Shown: one piece after another, positions 28,794-39,057 of the stretch
Layout of the letters: every line of letters starts with the position of its first letter
Position numbering within the stretch: position 1 is the first letter of the stretch
DNA from: Sulfurospirillaceae bacterium
GTDB lineage: Bacteria > Campylobacterota > Campylobacteria > Campylobacterales > Sulfurospirillaceae
DNA length: 47,050 bases
Direction: 5' to 3'
Assembly (NCBI GenBank): GCA_028705785.1
Contig: JAQWCT010000001.1
Location: 1-47,050, forward strand
Translations under genes and position numbers: made by a program
The notes under the pieces: generated by a model
Database searches by the model: none
What the model was told of the DNA's origin: nothing
Seen by the model: only the letters and a program-made list of their open reading frames with translations

Positions 28794-29861
28794 ATGTTAA
28801 AAGATAAATTACTTCCCTTTGTAGAACGCTACAATGAGTTAACCACACTTTTGAGTAGCCCTAATATTGCCGATGATATTAAAAAGATGACTGCCCTTTC
28901 TAAAGAGCAAGCAAGCTTGGAAAAAATCAAAGACACAACCAACGAATATCTCCAAACATTGAACAATATCGAAGAAAATCGTGCATTGCTTGATGATGAA
29001 GAGTTGGGTGAATTAGCAAAAGAAGAACTTAAAGAGTCTGAGGCTCGTAAAGAAGCTATCGAAGAAGAAATCAAAGTTTTACTACTCCCGACTGACCCTA
29101 ATGATGATAGAAATATCTTTTTGGAAATTCGTGCAGGAACAGGTGGTGATGAAGCAGCTATTTTTGTAGCTGACCTTTTCAAATCTTACTTACGCTATGC
29201 CGAAAACAGGGGATGGAAAGTTGAAGTCGTCTCTTCAAGTGAGGGTGTTTTAAATGGTTACAAAGAAGTTATCGTGCTTATTAAAGGGCAGGGTGCTTTT
29301 TCACGACTCAAATATGAAGGTGGCGTGCACAGAGTTCAACGCGTTCCTTTAACTGAATCACAAGGTAGAGTTCATACTTCAGCTGTCACCGTGGCAGTTA
29401 TGCCAGAAGTTGATGATGTAGAGATAGAAATCGCGGCAAATGACCTTAAAATTGATGTTATGCGCTCTTCTGGAAATGGCGGTCAATCGGTTAATACGAC
29501 TGATAGCGCTGTTCGAATCACACACTTACCAACTGGTTTAGTTGTTGTCAATCAAGATGGCAAATCACAGCACAAAAATAAAGATGCGGCCATGAAAGTT
29601 CTCAAAGCAAAACTGTATGACCTTGAGCTTCAAGAACGAAATGCCAAAGAGAGCGAAGCAAGAAAAATGCAAGTTGGCTCAGGCGATAGAAGTGCTCGCA
29701 TTAGAACTTACAACTATCCACAAAACCGTATAACTGACCATAGAGTAGGGCTAACACTTTATAGATTGGATGCCATTATGGAAGGTGGGCTTTACGACGA
29801 AGTTATTGAACCTATCATCGCACACTCACAAGCAGAATTGATGAAAGAAGCAAATCTATAA
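28794..29861 (+). CDS. prfA: Peptide chain release factor 1
   Basis: [20 protein letters not shown] (PxT), [20 protein letters not shown]. Confidence 0.98.
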   Translation: MLKDKLLPFVERYNELTTLLSSPNIADDIKKMTALSKEQASLEKIKDTTNEYLQTLNNIEENRALLDDEELGELAKEELKESEARKEAIEEEIKVLLLPTDPNDDRNIFLEIRAGTGGDEAAIFVADLFKSYLRYAENRGWKVEVVSSSEGVLNGYKEVIVLIKGQGAFSRLKYEGGVHRVQRVPLTESQGRVHTSAVTVAVMPEVDDVEIEIAANDLKIDVMRSSGNGGQSVNTTDSAVRITHLPTGLVVVNQDGKSQHKNKDAAMKVLKAKLYDLELQERNAKESEARKMQVGSGDRSARIRTYNYPQNRITDHRVGLTLYRLDAIMEGGLYDEVIEPIIAHSQAELMKEANL

Positions 29862-29871
29862 TCAATTGTGA

Positions 29872-30591
29872 TTATTTATCATAAATTTGTAGGTTGTTTT
29901 GCTCGATCATCTCTTTGAGCATTCTGTTATATTCATACTTTAACTCCGAATAATTTACCATCGTTTTCGTAGCTTCAATCCCCGTAAAATTCTTACCTTT
30001 ATTTCGAGCTTCCAATCTTTTATTTCTAAAATCTGTATAGGCTTCATTGGTATTGAGATTGAGCATATAGGAATTAACCGATTTTTGTAGCGATGAGAAG
30101 ATACGAATCATATGCGTCTTCCCAATCGCCCTATTTTGAGGAACAAGACCAACACCTGAATATGTCCAGTGCCCAAAAAGATTATTGGCTTCTCTGGCAA
30201 AACGACTTTTTCCCCATCCACTTTCCACCGCAGCTTGAGAAAGCGCTAATGAGATAGGGATAACATCTACGCGTTTTAAAAACTCATCACGGTCAAAGAG
30301 ATTTTCTACGCCATATTTATTGCGAAGGGAGATGAGATAGCCAACATTGCTTTGATTGAGCCCTCTAAAAGCATCTGGGACGGCCTTAACAAAGAAATTA
30401 GTGATAAATTCTCTATCTGCTTTGATATCATTATTGGCTTTATCGACCATGACTTTCATCTCTCGGATAAATTCTTCTTTTTGCTGTGCATTATCTTCGA
30501 TTTTATAATACGCAGGAGAAAGTCCCGCTGCAACCATACTAAGAGGATAAAGAAAACAGCAGAGGATGAAGATTTTAAACAAAAATTTCAC
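29872..30591 (-). CDS. Glucosaminidase-domain (GH73/Bax-like) exported protein
   Basis: Signal peptide, LSQAAVESGWGKSRFA..NNLFG, YMLNLNT; GTG start. Confidence 0.85.
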   Translation of the reverse strand: MKFLFKIFILCCFLYPLSMVAAGLSPAYYKIEDNAQQKEEFIREMKVMVDKANNDIKADREFITNFFVKAVPDAFRGLNQSNVGYLISLRNKYGVENLFDRDEFLKRVDVIPISLALSQAAVESGWGKSRFAREANNLFGHWTYSGVGLVPQNRAIGKTHMIRIFSSLQKSVNSYMLNLNTNEAYTDFRNKRLEARNKGKNFTGIEATKTMVNYSELKYEYNRMLKEMIEQNNLQIYDK

Positions 30592-30597
30592 GATTTT

Positions 30598-31341
30598 TTA
30601 GGGTTCCAAAACCGTTTCAAAGATTTTTTGTACCCTACCTTTGAAGAAAAGTATATTATCTTGAATTCTAAGGCTAAGTTCTTCTTTGCTTGTAGGATAA
30701 ACTTTCACACACTCGCCTACCATTTTTTCAAGATATGCCGCATAAAAAGAAGCTGCCATTCCCGTGCCACATGCCAAAGTTTCATCTTCAACACCTCGCT
30801 CATAAGTCCTTACATGTAAAGCATTATTTTTGAGCTCCACATAGTTAACATTGGCATTGTACTTATCTCGCATTTGCCTTGCAATGGTTTTATCAAAAGA
30901 ATTTACATCCTCTACGAAAGCCACCAAATGAGGAACTCCCGTGTCGTAAAAGTGCCAAACCAAGCCATATTCGCTCAATGGTTCACTCATTTTTTGGGGA
31001 CTCGTAAGTTCCGTTTCGACAACATCTCCCTCAACAACAGAACTAATCACTCCAGCACCTGTCAGAAAACGCATAGTTTTATCGGCTAATTGATTAGTAT
31101 ACGCATAATGCGCACAGGCTCTCGTACCATTACCGCACATTGAAGCCATACTTCCATCACTATTATAAAATTGCCACGCAAAATCATAAGTAGTATGTGG
31201 CAATAGGACGATAAGCCCATCCGCACCAATGCCTTTTTGCCTATCGCATAATTTCCGAGCTAACTCACTTCTATCAAAAGTTTGAAAGGAGTGAAAAATG
31301 ACAAAATCATTGCCGCTGGCATTATATTTTGTTATCTGCAT
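30598..31341 (-). CDS. dapF: Diaminopimelate epimerase
   Basis: SGNDF, GIGADG, NSDGS.A.MCGNG, TGVPH, RTYERGV.ETLACGTG. Confidence 0.96.
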   Translation of the reverse strand: MQITKYNASGNDFVIFHSFQTFDRSELARKLCDRQKGIGADGLIVLLPHTTYDFAWQFYNSDGSMASMCGNGTRACAHYAYTNQLADKTMRFLTGAGVISSVVEGDVVETELTSPQKMSEPLSEYGLVWHFYDTGVPHLVAFVEDVNSFDKTIARQMRDKYNANVNYVELKNNALHVRTYERGVEDETLACGTGMAASFYAAYLEKMVGECVKVYPTSKEELSLRIQDNILFFKGRVQKIFETVLEP

Positions 31342-31927
31342 ATTTCCCCCTTATAAATTTGATACATTTTTCAATCTCTTCTTCTAAAAATTTCATATCA
31401 AACGAGTTATTGATTAAAAAATCTGCCATCACTTTTTTCTCTTCGATACTTATCTGCGCATCAATACGCTTTTGCGCCTCTTCTTTGGTAAAATTTTCGC
31501 GAATCATCAATCTTTTGCGTTGTACCTCAACAGGAGCATACACTACAACCACCATTTTACAGTGATATCCACTACTCTCAAAATAGAGCGGTATATCGAT
31601 GATATAAGGCTTTTGTGCCACTTCCAAAAGCTCACTTCTTCGCAAAATCTCTTCACGAATCAAAGGATGTAAAAAAGCATTCAGTTTTTCTCTCTCTGTC
31701 TTATTGCTAAAAATTAAACTACCTAAAGCTTTTCTATCGATTACGCCATCAACAACAACACTCTTTCCAAAAAGAGCTTCGACTTCTTTTACATGTAAAG
31801 GCAAAATCTCTTTAGCTATCAAATCTGCATCAATAACCTCAAAACCTTTTGCTCTTAAAAGCGAAGAAACGGTACTTTTACCCGTTGCAATGCCACCCGT
31901 TAAAACAATCGCATGTTCATATGCCAT
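31322..31927 (-). CDS. coaE: Dephospho-CoA kinase
   Basis: LTGGIATGKSTV, IDAD, IDRKALG, HPLI, DIPL. Confidence 0.95.
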   Translation of the reverse strand: MAYEHAIVLTGGIATGKSTVSSLLRAKGFEVIDADLIAKEILPLHVKEVEALFGKSVVVDGVIDRKALGSLIFSNKTEREKLNAFLHPLIREEILRRSELLEVAQKPYIIDIPLYFESSGYHCKMVVVVYAPVEVQRKRLMIRENFTKEEAQKRIDAQISIEEKKVMADFLINNSFDMKFLEEEIEKCIKFIRGKYADNKI

Positions 31928-32010
31928 TTTTTACCATTGCCTTTTCATTTTTATTACGATTTTAACATAGTTTTGTTAAAATCTATTAATCATAAATTAA
32001 AGGTATATCC

Positions 32011-33006
32011 ATGGGTACAGTTAGCTACAAAGACGCGGGTGTCGATATCGATGCGGGAAATCAATTTGTCGAGAATATTAAGCCTCTTGTAAAATCAACT
32101 TTTGATGCCAATGTTATCGGTGGAATTGGTTCATTTGCAGGCGCATATGAACTTCCTAGTGGCTATCAAAAACCTGTTATTTTAGGTGCAACAGATGGTG
32201 TTGGTACTAAACTTAAACTTGCGATTGACTCTGGTATTTACGATACAGTAGGCATTGACCTTGTTGCGATGTGTGCGAATGACCTTATCTGTAACTTTGG
32301 AACACCTCTTTTCTTTTTGGACTACTACGCGATGAGTAAACTTGAAATTGATGCAGCAGTTAGCATTGTTAAAGGAATCGCTGAGGGTTGTAAAGATGCG
32401 GAATGTTCGCTTATTGGTGGAGAAACAGCTGAAATGCCAGGAATGTACCATGGTAAAGATTTTGATCTTGCTGGTTTTGCCGTAGGCATCGCAGAAAAAG
32501 ATGAGATGAACCGACTTCCACATGTAAAAGCTGGCGATATTTTAATAGCGCTTCCAAGTTCTGGTGTTCATTCCAATGGCTTTTCGTTGGTGCGAAAACT
32601 CTTTTTTGACAAGCTAGGATATAGCTTTGACACACCATTTAATGGTAAGCCTCTTATAGAAACACTTTTAACACCCACGCGTATCTATGTAAAACTCTTT
32701 AAACAACTTAAACAACACATCAATGCTCTTGCACACATCACAGGTGGCGGTATCGTTGAAAATTTACCTCGTGTACTACCCGAGGGTCTTCAAGCATGTG
32801 TTTATAAATCTAAAATTAAAACCTTGCCTGTCTTTGATTTTATGGCTCAATATGTCGAAGAAAGTGAAATGCACCGTACCTTTAACATGGGCGTAGGCAT
32901 GGTTCTCGTTGTTAGCCCTGAAAATGTTGACGCCGTACTTGCCAATAGTGATGGTTACATCATCGGTGAACTCAAAGTGGGCGAACGAAGCGCGATTATG
33001 CTCTAA
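32011..33006 (+). CDS. purM: AIR synthetase (phosphoribosylformylglycinamidine cyclo-ligase)
   Basis: YKDAGVDID, TDGVGTK, GGETAEMPG, SSGVHSNG, AHITGGG, TFNMG. Confidence 0.97.
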   Translation: MGTVSYKDAGVDIDAGNQFVENIKPLVKSTFDANVIGGIGSFAGAYELPSGYQKPVILGATDGVGTKLKLAIDSGIYDTVGIDLVAMCANDLICNFGTPLFFLDYYAMSKLEIDAAVSIVKGIAEGCKDAECSLIGGETAEMPGMYHGKDFDLAGFAVGIAEKDEMNRLPHVKAGDILIALPSSGVHSNGFSLVRKLFFDKLGYSFDTPFNGKPLIETLLTPTRIYVKLFKQLKQHINALAHITGGGIVENLPRVLPEGLQACVYKSKIKTLPVFDFMAQYVEESEMHRTFNMGVGMVLVVSPENVDAVLANSDGYIIGELKVGERSAIML

Positions 33007-33791
33007 TGACTCCTATTTATATTCTCTCAAAAGTCTTCACATACTCGGTTTTACCGCCGAGTATATTTATTATTGCCTTGTTCCTTGCTTCTCTTTTCGC
33101 TAAAAAATTTCGTCTTTTTTTCTTTACATGTAGCGCTCTTTTTTATGCGCTCAGCAATACCTATGTTGCGGATGCGCTACTCTCCCCCCTTGAAAAACCT
33201 TATAATGTTCCCTTACAAGAAACTCGTGTTGATGCGCTCATCGTACTCAGTGGTGGAAGCACCAAGGGTGCGTCCAATCTACCTTTGGGAGATGAAGCCT
33301 ATAAACGCACAATGTGGGGATTAATGATAGCAAAATCACACAATGTGCCACTGCTTTTTAGTGGGGCAGGGGTCAATCAAGACTATTCTGAAAGCGATGC
33401 TTTTTTAGACACTATTAAAGAGCTAAAAACACATCTTGGTATAGAAATACCAATAGATAAAACCCTTAAACAAAGAGAGTTTTCTTTACATGTAGAATCT
33501 AAAAGCATTGATACTTACGAAAATGCAAAGCTAAGTAAAATGGCTTTTGAACGAGAGGGAATTACACAACCGACTATCTATCTCGTCACCTCAGCCTATC
33601 ATATGCGCCGCTCTATAAAACTCTATGAACACTTTGGCTTTAAAGTTATCCCTGCTGCAACATCATTTCAAATGAGCACGAGAGCAAAAGATGCGTGGAA
33701 TTATCTACCAAGTATTGGGGCACTGAACAAAAGCTATACGGCATTACACGAATACGCAGGACTTTTGAGCTTAAAGCTTCGAGGAATTTAA
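33006..33791 (+). CDS. YdcF/ElyC (DUF218) family membrane protein
   Basis: IVLSGG, ESKSIDTYENA, LVTSAYHMRRS, HEYAG. Confidence 0.88.
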   Translation: MTPIYILSKVFTYSVLPPSIFIIALFLASLFAKKFRLFFFTCSALFYALSNTYVADALLSPLEKPYNVPLQETRVDALIVLSGGSTKGASNLPLGDEAYKRTMWGLMIAKSHNVPLLFSGAGVNQDYSESDAFLDTIKELKTHLGIEIPIDKTLKQREFSLHVESKSIDTYENAKLSKMAFEREGITQPTIYLVTSAYHMRRSIKLYEHFGFKVIPAATSFQMSTRAKDAWNYLPSIGALNKSYTALHEYAGLLSLKLRGI

Positions 33792-34067
33792 CTAACTTCG
33801 CTTATCATTTGTTATCTTATAAATAAAACTAAATACCTCTGCAACTGCTTTATAGAGCATCGGAGGTATCTCACGATTGAGTTCTATCTTGGAGAGCAAC
33901 TCTACTAAATCAGCATCTTTTTTAATGAATATATCGTGCTCATTTGCTAATTTGATGATATTATTAGCAACCTCGCCTTTCCCTTTGGCAACGACTTTAG
34001 GTGCATCACTTTTTTCTTTGTCATATTTAAGTGCAACCGCTTTTTGGATTTTTGGTGGTGGATTCAT
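33792..34067 (-). CDS. FlhB C-terminal-like protein (FlhX)
   Basis: KAVALKYD..APKVVAKGKG, EIPP.LYKAVAEV. Confidence 0.9.
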   Translation of the reverse strand: MNPPPKIQKAVALKYDKEKSDAPKVVAKGKGEVANNIIKLANEHDIFIKKDADLVELLSKIELNREIPPMLYKAVAEVFSFIYKITNDKRS

Positions 34068-35704
34068 ATGCTTATATTGATGCCAAAGTTTAATTGCTCA
34101 TCTGCAAAATAATCATTTTTTGCGCCATTAGTCTCTTTATATTCGATGATTTTAATACTCCCCGTAATAAGTCCAACTTCATTGAGCGCTTGTTTTAATG
34201 AACTTAAATGCTCACTCACTTTTTCTTTAAGCTCATTTTTCTGTGTGGCGATAGTAATATCAATGTATTTATCTTGCGAGAGAAGAAGCATCATATTTAT
34301 TTTTCCATACTGCTCTAAATCAAGGTCAATTTGACAATGAAAATGGTTCTCTTGCGTTTGTTTCATTTGCATGGAACCACCACTTAGTCCTTCCCATGTA
34401 AAAGGGATGTACAGATGAGCTGAGCTACTCACAAAAGAGGCTAACTGATGGTAGTCTATCTGCGTGAGTAGTTTGTTGGTCGCTTCTAGTGCTTCATTTG
34501 CTTTAGGGCTAGTAGAAGTAGTTAGATTTTCGTGCAAATGGGTTAAAACACCTTTCATATCACTCAGCATCTCAACATCGGTGAGGTTTAGTGAGAGTTT
34601 TTGCATCACGGCAGGAGAGATAAAAACTTCAGGCTTCAAAAGAGAGACTATTCTTTGTTCTAACTGTGTACGACTATCGATATAGTGCGCTTGTTTGGGA
34701 GCACTTGGGTCACTGATGGCGATTTGTGTTTTAATGCGATTGGTCAGCATTGTTAGCTGGTCTTGAATAGATAATTCATCTTGTGTTACCACTGTTTGCA
34801 TGACTAAACTAGGCTTAGATACGAGTGTTTCAATCTGTACGACTAAAGGCTTCATCTCATTTTCGTTGGAAATAATTTTGGGAAGTTCTTGTTTGAGTGT
34901 GCTTAAAAGCTCTTTGACTTGTGCTGTAAAATGCTGTTCTATTTCCACAGACTGTGGAGAATTTTCAATTTTTGAGGTGATTAAAGCCATTTGTTTTATA
35001 CTATTTTCAAGTTTATTTACGATTTGATTGGCATCCTTAAGCATGGGTGGTGATTCAAACGAGAGATGTTGTTTCACACTTTGACGGAAAAGGTCTAGCA
35101 CAGATTTAAGCGTACTTTGTAATTCACTTGGCAACATTTCTTTAGGGTTTTCAAGTTTTTGTATCAGTGTTGCCATTTCTTTAGTTAAACTCGCACTCTT
35201 ATTAGTCTGTGATAAATGCTCTTTTAACTCTGTTACTAAAGACTTAACATCACTTACGACTGCTTCTTTACTAAGCGTGTTAGCTAACTTAGATTCTAAA
35301 AAAACACCTGAATTTTGCACTTGTTCTTTTAAAATTTTGGCATCAACACTTTGTATATTTTTCTCAAAATTTTGCAGAAAAAGCAAAGGCTTTTCCAAAC
35401 TAGGCTCACTCTTTAAAAAAGTTATCAAGGATTTTAAATCATTGGTAAAATTGCCAAGATTTTTAAAAACAGGTGTGTTTTGCAAAAGGTCTAAAATAGC
35501 ACTTTTGGATTTTGCTTCACTCACTAAACTACCCAATAAATTAGCGACGATTTCTTTTACATTAGAAGAAGTGGGAGGAGGCGTTGCACTCGGTGCCTCA
35601 GTGGCACTTAAAAATGCTTGTTTGAGTGCTTCTTGGGATACTTTTTTATCAACTGTTGTCGTAGTTGTCTGGGCATTCAATAAAAGAGCTGTTGAAATCT
35701 GCAT
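34064..35704 (-). CDS. FliK-like (hook-length control C-terminal domain) protein
   Basis: NSGVFLESKL motif, helical body, C-terminal CQIDLDL..YGKI; adjacent to flhX. Confidence 0.7.
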   Translation of the reverse strand: MQISTALLLNAQTTTTTVDKKVSQEALKQAFLSATEAPSATPPPTSSNVKEIVANLLGSLVSEAKSKSAILDLLQNTPVFKNLGNFTNDLKSLITFLKSEPSLEKPLLFLQNFEKNIQSVDAKILKEQVQNSGVFLESKLANTLSKEAVVSDVKSLVTELKEHLSQTNKSASLTKEMATLIQKLENPKEMLPSELQSTLKSVLDLFRQSVKQHLSFESPPMLKDANQIVNKLENSIKQMALITSKIENSPQSVEIEQHFTAQVKELLSTLKQELPKIISNENEMKPLVVQIETLVSKPSLVMQTVVTQDELSIQDQLTMLTNRIKTQIAISDPSAPKQAHYIDSRTQLEQRIVSLLKPEVFISPAVMQKLSLNLTDVEMLSDMKGVLTHLHENLTTSTSPKANEALEATNKLLTQIDYHQLASFVSSSAHLYIPFTWEGLSGGSMQMKQTQENHFHCQIDLDLEQYGKINMMLLLSQDKYIDITIATQKNELKEKVSEHLSSLKQALNEVGLITGSIKIIEYKETNGAKNDYFADEQLNFGINISI

Positions 35705-37050
35705 CAGCGTGGTGAAGGGCTTAACTCTTCAAGCACTTTTTGAGCGCATTTTTTAGAATTACTGACACAATCATTGACCGCAACTCCAAAATAGGCATTT
35801 GAATTGAGATAAAGGCCTTTGTGTTGCTGTAATCTATTGAAAATTTTAACCATTTTATCTTTATGACCCAGCCCATAATTAGGTATTCCTTTTTCATAGC
35901 GCTTGACAAATACAACATCAGGCCCGTCGTCTATCCCCATCGTCTCACGGATACCCATTTTTGCTATGCTAACAAGCTCATCATCGCCTTTGAGTGCAAG
36001 GGAAGGGTTTCTTTGCCCTCCTATCATCACACGAACTGATTTTGCATTCTGTGGCGCTCTATCGCCAAAGATTGAGCTATCCCACAAAACGCCTAAAATG
36101 CTTTTTTTTGCCGATGTTGTTGTCAGTAAACCAAAACCATCAAGCGGATGAGAAAGGTCATAATATCCAAAGCCGACGATACTTATGGGCGAATATTCTA
36201 TCTCGTTTAAATCTTTAGCTAATGACTTATCAATGTTCTCTAAAAGTTTTGCGCTAATATAGGAGGGCGTTGCTAAAATCACACGATCAAACAGGACTTC
36301 GCTTTCTTGTGTAGTTACGATATATTTTCCATTTTTAGGTTTAATATCACTTACTTCACACTGCATTTTAATCTCTATTTTGCATACACTAGCAAGTCTT
36401 TGGATAAACGAACTCACACCTTGCTTAAAGCTCATCAAAACGCCACCAGGACCTGCTTCTTTTTTCTTTTTAGCAAGCATTCCTTTAAATAATCCACCAT
36501 ACTCTTTTTCAAGCTTGACCACGGCAGGAAATGCAGAATTAACAGAAATTTTATCAGGCGTTGAACCAAAAATACCTGCAACCATTGCGTCTAAAAAGAC
36601 ATTTGTCATCTCTTTACCTACTCTTCGATAGCCAAAAGACTGTAGCGTTTCATCAGTATCATCTTTTTTGGGAGAGACAAAAAATTCACCTGCAACTCTT
36701 ATTTTCCCTATCCATGATAAAAGAGGAGAGCGCAAAAAAGCTTTAGGAGATTCAGGGAGGGGACATAAAAAATCTTTGTAGATAAATCGTTTTCGAGCAC
36801 TATCATTACTTTGGATTAAAATATCACGACAACCACTTTCTTCTATAAGAGCTAAGGTATCTGGCTTATTGGATAAAAAACCATTACTGCCAGATTCAAA
36901 GAAAAAGCCTTCGACTTCTTGGGTCATCATGGAACCACCCAATTTATCTTTGGTTTCAAAAAGTGTTATTTCAACATCAGGTCTAGCTTTTGAGATATAA
37001 AATGCCGTTGCTAAACCACTGATTCCGCCGCCAACAATTGCTATCTTCAT
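35704..37050 (-). CDS. hemY: HemY-type (proto/copro)porphyrinogen oxidase
   Basis: IAIVGGGISGL FAD motif, FESGSNGF, GFGLL, LG.LWDSSIF, GIPNY, GVAVNDC; start 37050 or 37053. Confidence 0.88.
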   Translation of the reverse strand: MKIAIVGGGISGLATAFYISKARPDVEITLFETKDKLGGSMMTQEVEGFFFESGSNGFLSNKPDTLALIEESGCRDILIQSNDSARKRFIYKDFLCPLPESPKAFLRSPLLSWIGKIRVAGEFFVSPKKDDTDETLQSFGYRRVGKEMTNVFLDAMVAGIFGSTPDKISVNSAFPAVVKLEKEYGGLFKGMLAKKKKEAGPGGVLMSFKQGVSSFIQRLASVCKIEIKMQCEVSDIKPKNGKYIVTTQESEVLFDRVILATPSYISAKLLENIDKSLAKDLNEIEYSPISIVGFGYYDLSHPLDGFGLLTTTSAKKSILGVLWDSSIFGDRAPQNAKSVRVMIGGQRNPSLALKGDDELVSIAKMGIRETMGIDDGPDVVFVKRYEKGIPNYGLGHKDKMVKIFNRLQQHKGLYLNSNAYFGVAVNDCVSNSKKCAQKVLEELSPSPR

Positions 37051-37082
37051 CATTTCTCCAACTTTGATAATATCTTTTAATT

Positions 37083-38282
37083 CTATGCCATTTTATCTTT
37101 ATTTTTAATTTTTATCATCCATTCATCGAGCGTTTTTTCAAATCCCACGCCCAAACTGTCATAAAAACGAAGAGGCTTTTCCAAATACTTTTGCTCAACC
37201 CAGCCACCAAAATCATGTGGATACAAATAGCCTTTAGGGGAGGGGCTTTGCAGATGTGCAGGGACACTGAGCGCTTTTTCATTTTTTACATAGGCTAGGG
37301 CATTGTTAATGGCAGTGTATGCGCTGTTTGATTTTGGGCTACATGTAAGATAAATAAGACACTGCGAAAGGATGATGCGAGACTCTGGGTAACCGATTTT
37401 ACTCACGCTATTTAGCGTACTACTCGCTAGATTTAACGCTTGAGGGTTGGCATTGCCAATATCTTCACTGGCTAAAATCACCAGTCTTCGCGCTATAAAA
37501 TCAGCACTCTCTCCCCCGTCAATCAGCCTTGCAAGATAATAAAGCGCCGCATCTACATCACTACCTCGCACGCTTTTAATCATGGCACTGATGAGATTAT
37601 AATGCGTTCCATCGCTACTAACGCCATCTTTAAGTGCGTTTGGTCGAAGACCTCTGAGTATTTCAAGGCTTACATGTAAATCTACTTTGAGCGCAAATTC
37701 TAAAAGATTGAGCAAGGAGCGGCTATCTCCGGCACTTGAACTAAGGAGATAATCTTTGGCATCTTCATCTATCGTAAAGTCTATTTTTTGCCTCACGCGA
37801 GCAAGAATATCTTCCATATCAGACAATTCAAGAGGATAAAACTCAAATAGCATTGTTCGCGATCTAATACCTGAACTAAGCGTAAAATAGGGATTTTCAG
37901 TCGAAGCTCCAATGATAATAGCTTCGTGATTTTCCATAGGAAGCAAAAGCACTTCTTGTTGTGTTTTTGAAAGCCTGTGGATTTCATCAATAAAAATGAG
38001 CGGTTTTTGAAGTGCATTTTTATGATTAGCAAAAATTTTGCGAAACTCTTCAACCTTTACACTGGTGGCATCAAGCTCATAAAAAGGGAGTTGTAATTCG
38101 TTAGCAACGATGCGTGCTAGTGTTGTTTTACCAACACCAGCTGGTCCAAAGAAGATAGCATGAGACATAGAGCCTGATTTTAGGAGTTTTCTAAAGGGGC
38201 TATTTTCCCCACTTAGATGCTTTTGCCCACTGATTTCTTCGATGAGTTTAGGGCGAAAGAAGAGGGCGAAGTTATTGATCAT
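37083..38282 (-). CDS. rarA: Replication-associated recombination protein A (AAA+)
   Basis: RPK, GPAGVGKTT, FIDEIHR, ASTENP, SA.IKSVRGSD, ASEDIGNANP, YLYPH; start at MINNF. Confidence 0.95.
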   Translation of the reverse strand: MINNFALFFRPKLIEEISGQKHLSGENSPFRKLLKSGSMSHAIFFGPAGVGKTTLARIVANELQLPFYELDATSVKVEEFRKIFANHKNALQKPLIFIDEIHRLSKTQQEVLLLPMENHEAIIIGASTENPYFTLSSGIRSRTMLFEFYPLELSDMEDILARVRQKIDFTIDEDAKDYLLSSSAGDSRSLLNLLEFALKVDLHVSLEILRGLRPNALKDGVSSDGTHYNLISAMIKSVRGSDVDAALYYLARLIDGGESADFIARRLVILASEDIGNANPQALNLASSTLNSVSKIGYPESRIILSQCLIYLTCSPKSNSAYTAINNALAYVKNEKALSVPAHLQSPSPKGYLYPHDFGGWVEQKYLEKPLRFYDSLGVGFEKTLDEWMIKIKNKDKMA

Positions 38283-39057
38283 CGCCTTTTTTTCCTTCTT
38301 CAAATTCAAGATAATCTCGAAGTGCTGCATATTCAGTAGCCTCTAAAAATCGATGCTTTCCGGGTTTGAGCATATCAAGATCAATTTTTCCATAACTCAC
38401 GCGTTTAAGGTCAACCACTTCAACATCAAAATAGCCAAAAAATCGTCTAAGTTCGCGATTTTTTCCCTCATTTATCATAACTTTCACAGTAGAGTAAGTC
38501 GGTGTGTTTTTGATGATACGATACGCTAAAAATGGTGCAAATTCCATAGAACGAATGGAACTTTGTTCGTGTCCACCTTTCCTTGCATCTTCGATAAACA
38601 TCCCCTCTTTCATCGCAAGCTCCATCGCTTGAGTGACTGAACCATTAATCTTTACATAATAAACTCGCTCCAAATCTCCATGCATCAATGCAGAAACAAC
38701 TGCTGGTGAGTCCGAGAGAAGCAATAAGCCCTCACTCGCAAAGTCAAGTCTTCCCACACTAAGATAATGCGAAAATCGCTTTGGCAAAGTATCAAAAATC
38801 GTCTTTCTTCCGCGGTCATCTTTTTTACTGACTAACTCACCTTTTTGTTTGTGATAAACAATAACTGAGTACTGACTCTTTTCAAAAAGTGCGTTACCTT
38901 TGACTTCAATTCTATTTTTAAAAGTGACTTTCATCGACAAATCTTCGGCAACCTTACCGTCGACTTTGACCAGTCCTTGTTTGATAAGCTCATCTGCTTC
39001 ACGCCTAGAATAGTGCGTGTTGTGAGAGATCATCTTGTTTAATCGTGTTAATTCCAT
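38272..39057 (-). CDS. RsuA/RluB-family pseudouridine synthase
   Basis: S4 domain RLNK..SRREAD, VGRLDFASEGLLL, EGKNRELRR. Confidence 0.93.
   Translation of the reverse strand: MELTRLNKMISHNTHYSRREADELIKQGLVKVDGKVAEDLSMKVTFKNRIEVKGNALFEKSQYSVIVYHKQKGELVSKKDDRGRKTIFDTLPKRFSHYLSVGRLDFASEGLLLLSDSPAVVSALMHGDLERVYYVKINGSVTQAMELAMKEGMFIEDARKGGHEQSSIRSMEFAPFLAYRIIKNTPTYSTVKVMINEGKNRELRRFFGYFDVEVVDLKRVSYGKIDLDMLKPGKHRFLEATEYAALRDYLEFEEGKKGDDQ

Noticed and set aside
1336-38330. Longest-ORF starts at 1336, 9418, 20629, 21778, 28473 and 38330
   Set aside because: Downstream starts (1399, 9403, 20656, 21757, 28488, 38282) fit RBS position or family N-termini better
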